Shown: positions 41,379 to 42,410 of the stretch, in pieces
Layout of the letters: each line of letters begins with the position of its first letter
Position numbering within the stretch: position 1 is the first letter of the stretch
NCBI GenBank assembly: GCA_900752445.1
Contig: CAADVN010000050.1
Span: forward strand, 1 to 42,410
DNA: 42,410 nucleotides
Source: an uncultured Oscillospiraceae bacterium
GTDB taxonomy: Bacteria; Bacillota; Clostridia; Oscillospirales; Oscillospiraceae
Direction: 5' to 3'
Translations under genes and position numbers: made by a program
Notes under the pieces: generated by a model
Seen by the model: only the letters and a program-made list of their open reading frames with translations
Databases searched by the model: none
What the model was told of the DNA's origin: nothing

Positions 41379-42410
41379 ATGCCGGGAAAACGCTCCAACG
41401 GTGAGGGCGCTCTGCGCAAGCGCAGCAGCGGTCTCTGGGAGTGTATGATTATGACGGGCTTTCAGCCCGACGGAAAGAGAAAATACAAGAGCTTCTATGC
41501 CAGAACACGAAAGGAAGTTTTGCAGAAAGTCAGGGACTACCGGGCTGCGGTCGAAGCGGGTCTCGACATGACGAAGAAGGAGCTGAAGTTCGGCGAGTGG
41601 GCTCAGTCGTGGTTTGAGGGGTACAAGGACCAGGTCTCGCCTACGACCTATGAGAGCTATGGCTACACGCTCAAGACCCTTAACAAGGCCTTTGGCTCAA
41701 AGCCGCTGAGGAGCATACGCGCCGCGGACGTCGAGGCCTTCCTGCGCGAGCTGACGAAGGACGGCACGCACCAATCACAGGCGTCAAAGTGCCGGGGCAT
41801 GATGTTCCAGATCATGCGCAAGGCTCAGGCGAACGACCTCATCCTCAAGAACCCGGTCGAGCTTGCAGACAAAACGCGGCACGCACCTCAGCAAAGCAAA
41901 AAGGACTCCTTCACAGCGGAAGAAGTCCGAAAGCTGTTCAAGTACCTGCCTCACGACAAGACGGGCGACAGCATAAGGCTGCTGCTCCTCACGGGTATGC
42001 GCTCTCAGGAGCTGCTTGCGCTGGAGGCCGGGCACATTGAGCCTGACGGCTCGTGCGTACATATCCGCCAGGCGGTGAAACAGGTCAAGGGCACGGTATT
42101 CATAGGCGGCACTAAGAGCGCCAGCAGTATCCGTGATGTGCCGATACCCGAAGCCTACCGCGGCATGGTCGCGAGTCTGCGCGAGTACTGCACGCCCTAC
42201 CTATGGACCGGCATAGGCGTGTACAAGCCCTGCAGCCCGACGCATTTCCGCGACAAATTCGCCGCCGCAATAAAGTCGGTCCCGGGCGTCAGGCCGCTCA
42301 CGCCGCACTCTTGCCGGCACACCTTCGTCAGCCAGCTGCAGGCCCAGGGCGTCCCCATGGAGACCATCCAGTCCCTCGCCGGACACGCCGAGATGGACAT
42401 GACCGAGCAC
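41379..42410 (+). CDS. Tyrosine site-specific integrase (partial, open at the window end)
   Basis: It is not in the ORF track because no stop is reached. AAAGGAGG lies upstream of the ATG at 41379. The frame is open for 344 codons: MPGKRSNGEGALRKRSSGLWE..., a SAM-like N-domain, then LLLLTGMRSQELLAL (Arg box) and LTPHSCRHTFVS (HxxR). Confidence 0.9.
   Translation, partial: MPGKRSNGEGALRKRSSGLWECMIMTGFQPDGKRKYKSFYARTRKEVLQKVRDYRAAVEAGLDMTKKELKFGEWAQSWFEGYKDQVSPTTYESYGYTLKTLNKAFGSKPLRSIRAADVEAFLRELTKDGTHQSQASKCRGMMFQIMRKAQANDLILKNPVELADKTRHAPQQSKKDSFTAEEVRKLFKYLPHDKTGDSIRLLLLTGMRSQELLALEAGHIEPDGSCVHIRQAVKQVKGTVFIGGTKSASSIRDVPIPEAYRGMVASLREYCTPYLWTGIGVYKPCSPTHFRDKFAAAIKSVPGVRPLTPHSCRHTFVSQLQAQGVPMETIQSLAGHAEMDMTEH

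Larger units (their letters stand above)
38041..42410 (-). mobile_element. Second integrative element, phage-satellite/PICI-like (partial, runs off the right edge)
   Basis: The gene order mirrors SaPI/PICI layouts: orphan ORF, terminator, iterons, AAA_25 Rep-like ATPase, small HTH, palindromic divergent promoters, long XRE repressor, tyrosine integrase. The left limit is uncertain and lies somewhere in 38040-38950. Confidence 0.55.

Noticed and set aside
1-42410. CRISPR arrays, tRNA and rRNA genes
   Set aside because: There are no regularly spaced 25-40-nt repeats with unique spacers. The only periodic repeats are the 9-nt iterons and the coding repeats. By eye there are no cloverleaf-like or rRNA-like segments, but a tRNAscan/Infernal run would be needed for certainty.

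Overview
High-GC (over 60% by eye) Clostridia-type chromosome; the taxon is inferred from gene content only.

**Left half (1-19 kb), mostly ordinary:**
- the end of an IS3-family element
- an exported protein
- a solo mazF downstream of alr
- a lipoprotein and nnrD
- a Phe T-box leader with pheS-pheT, then ireB
- a minus-strand starch/maltodextrin locus: a surface protein with three CBM25/26-like modules, ABC transporter, GH13 enzyme, LacI regulator
- a small XRE regulator
- an operon of a hypothetical gene, ftsH and an hdeD-like gene

**Middle (19.3-27.6 kb), a plus-strand locus:** DASS permease, Lrp/AsnC regulator, a four-subunit 2-oxoacid:ferredoxin oxidoreductase (gamma-delta-alpha-beta), a Pct/YdiF-type CoA-transferase, ubiX and ubiD.

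**Main observations:**
1. ubiD is cleanly split by a ~10.3-kb integrative mobilizable element (about 27584-37861). It carries a large serine recombinase, a DnaC-like ATPase, a replisome organizer, a relaxase and MobC.
2. That element also carries a visibly AT-rich cargo block: a secreted metzincin-like protease plus three unknown exported proteins. The block is bracketed by ~80-nt direct repeats with a conserved stem-loop.
3. Just downstream of the ubiD 3' remnant lies a second, satellite/PICI-like integrative element that runs off the window (up to 42410). It has a tyrosine integrase and a long XRE repressor on one side. On the other side are a small HTH, an AAA_25 Rep-like ATPase, 3+3 nonamer iterons flanking an AT-rich spacer, and an orphan 288-codon ORF. 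A 43-bp palindrome between the two sides carries two overlapping consensus promoters.

No rRNA, tRNA or CRISPR array was recognised. Many long antisense ORFs in the track are high-GC artefacts.
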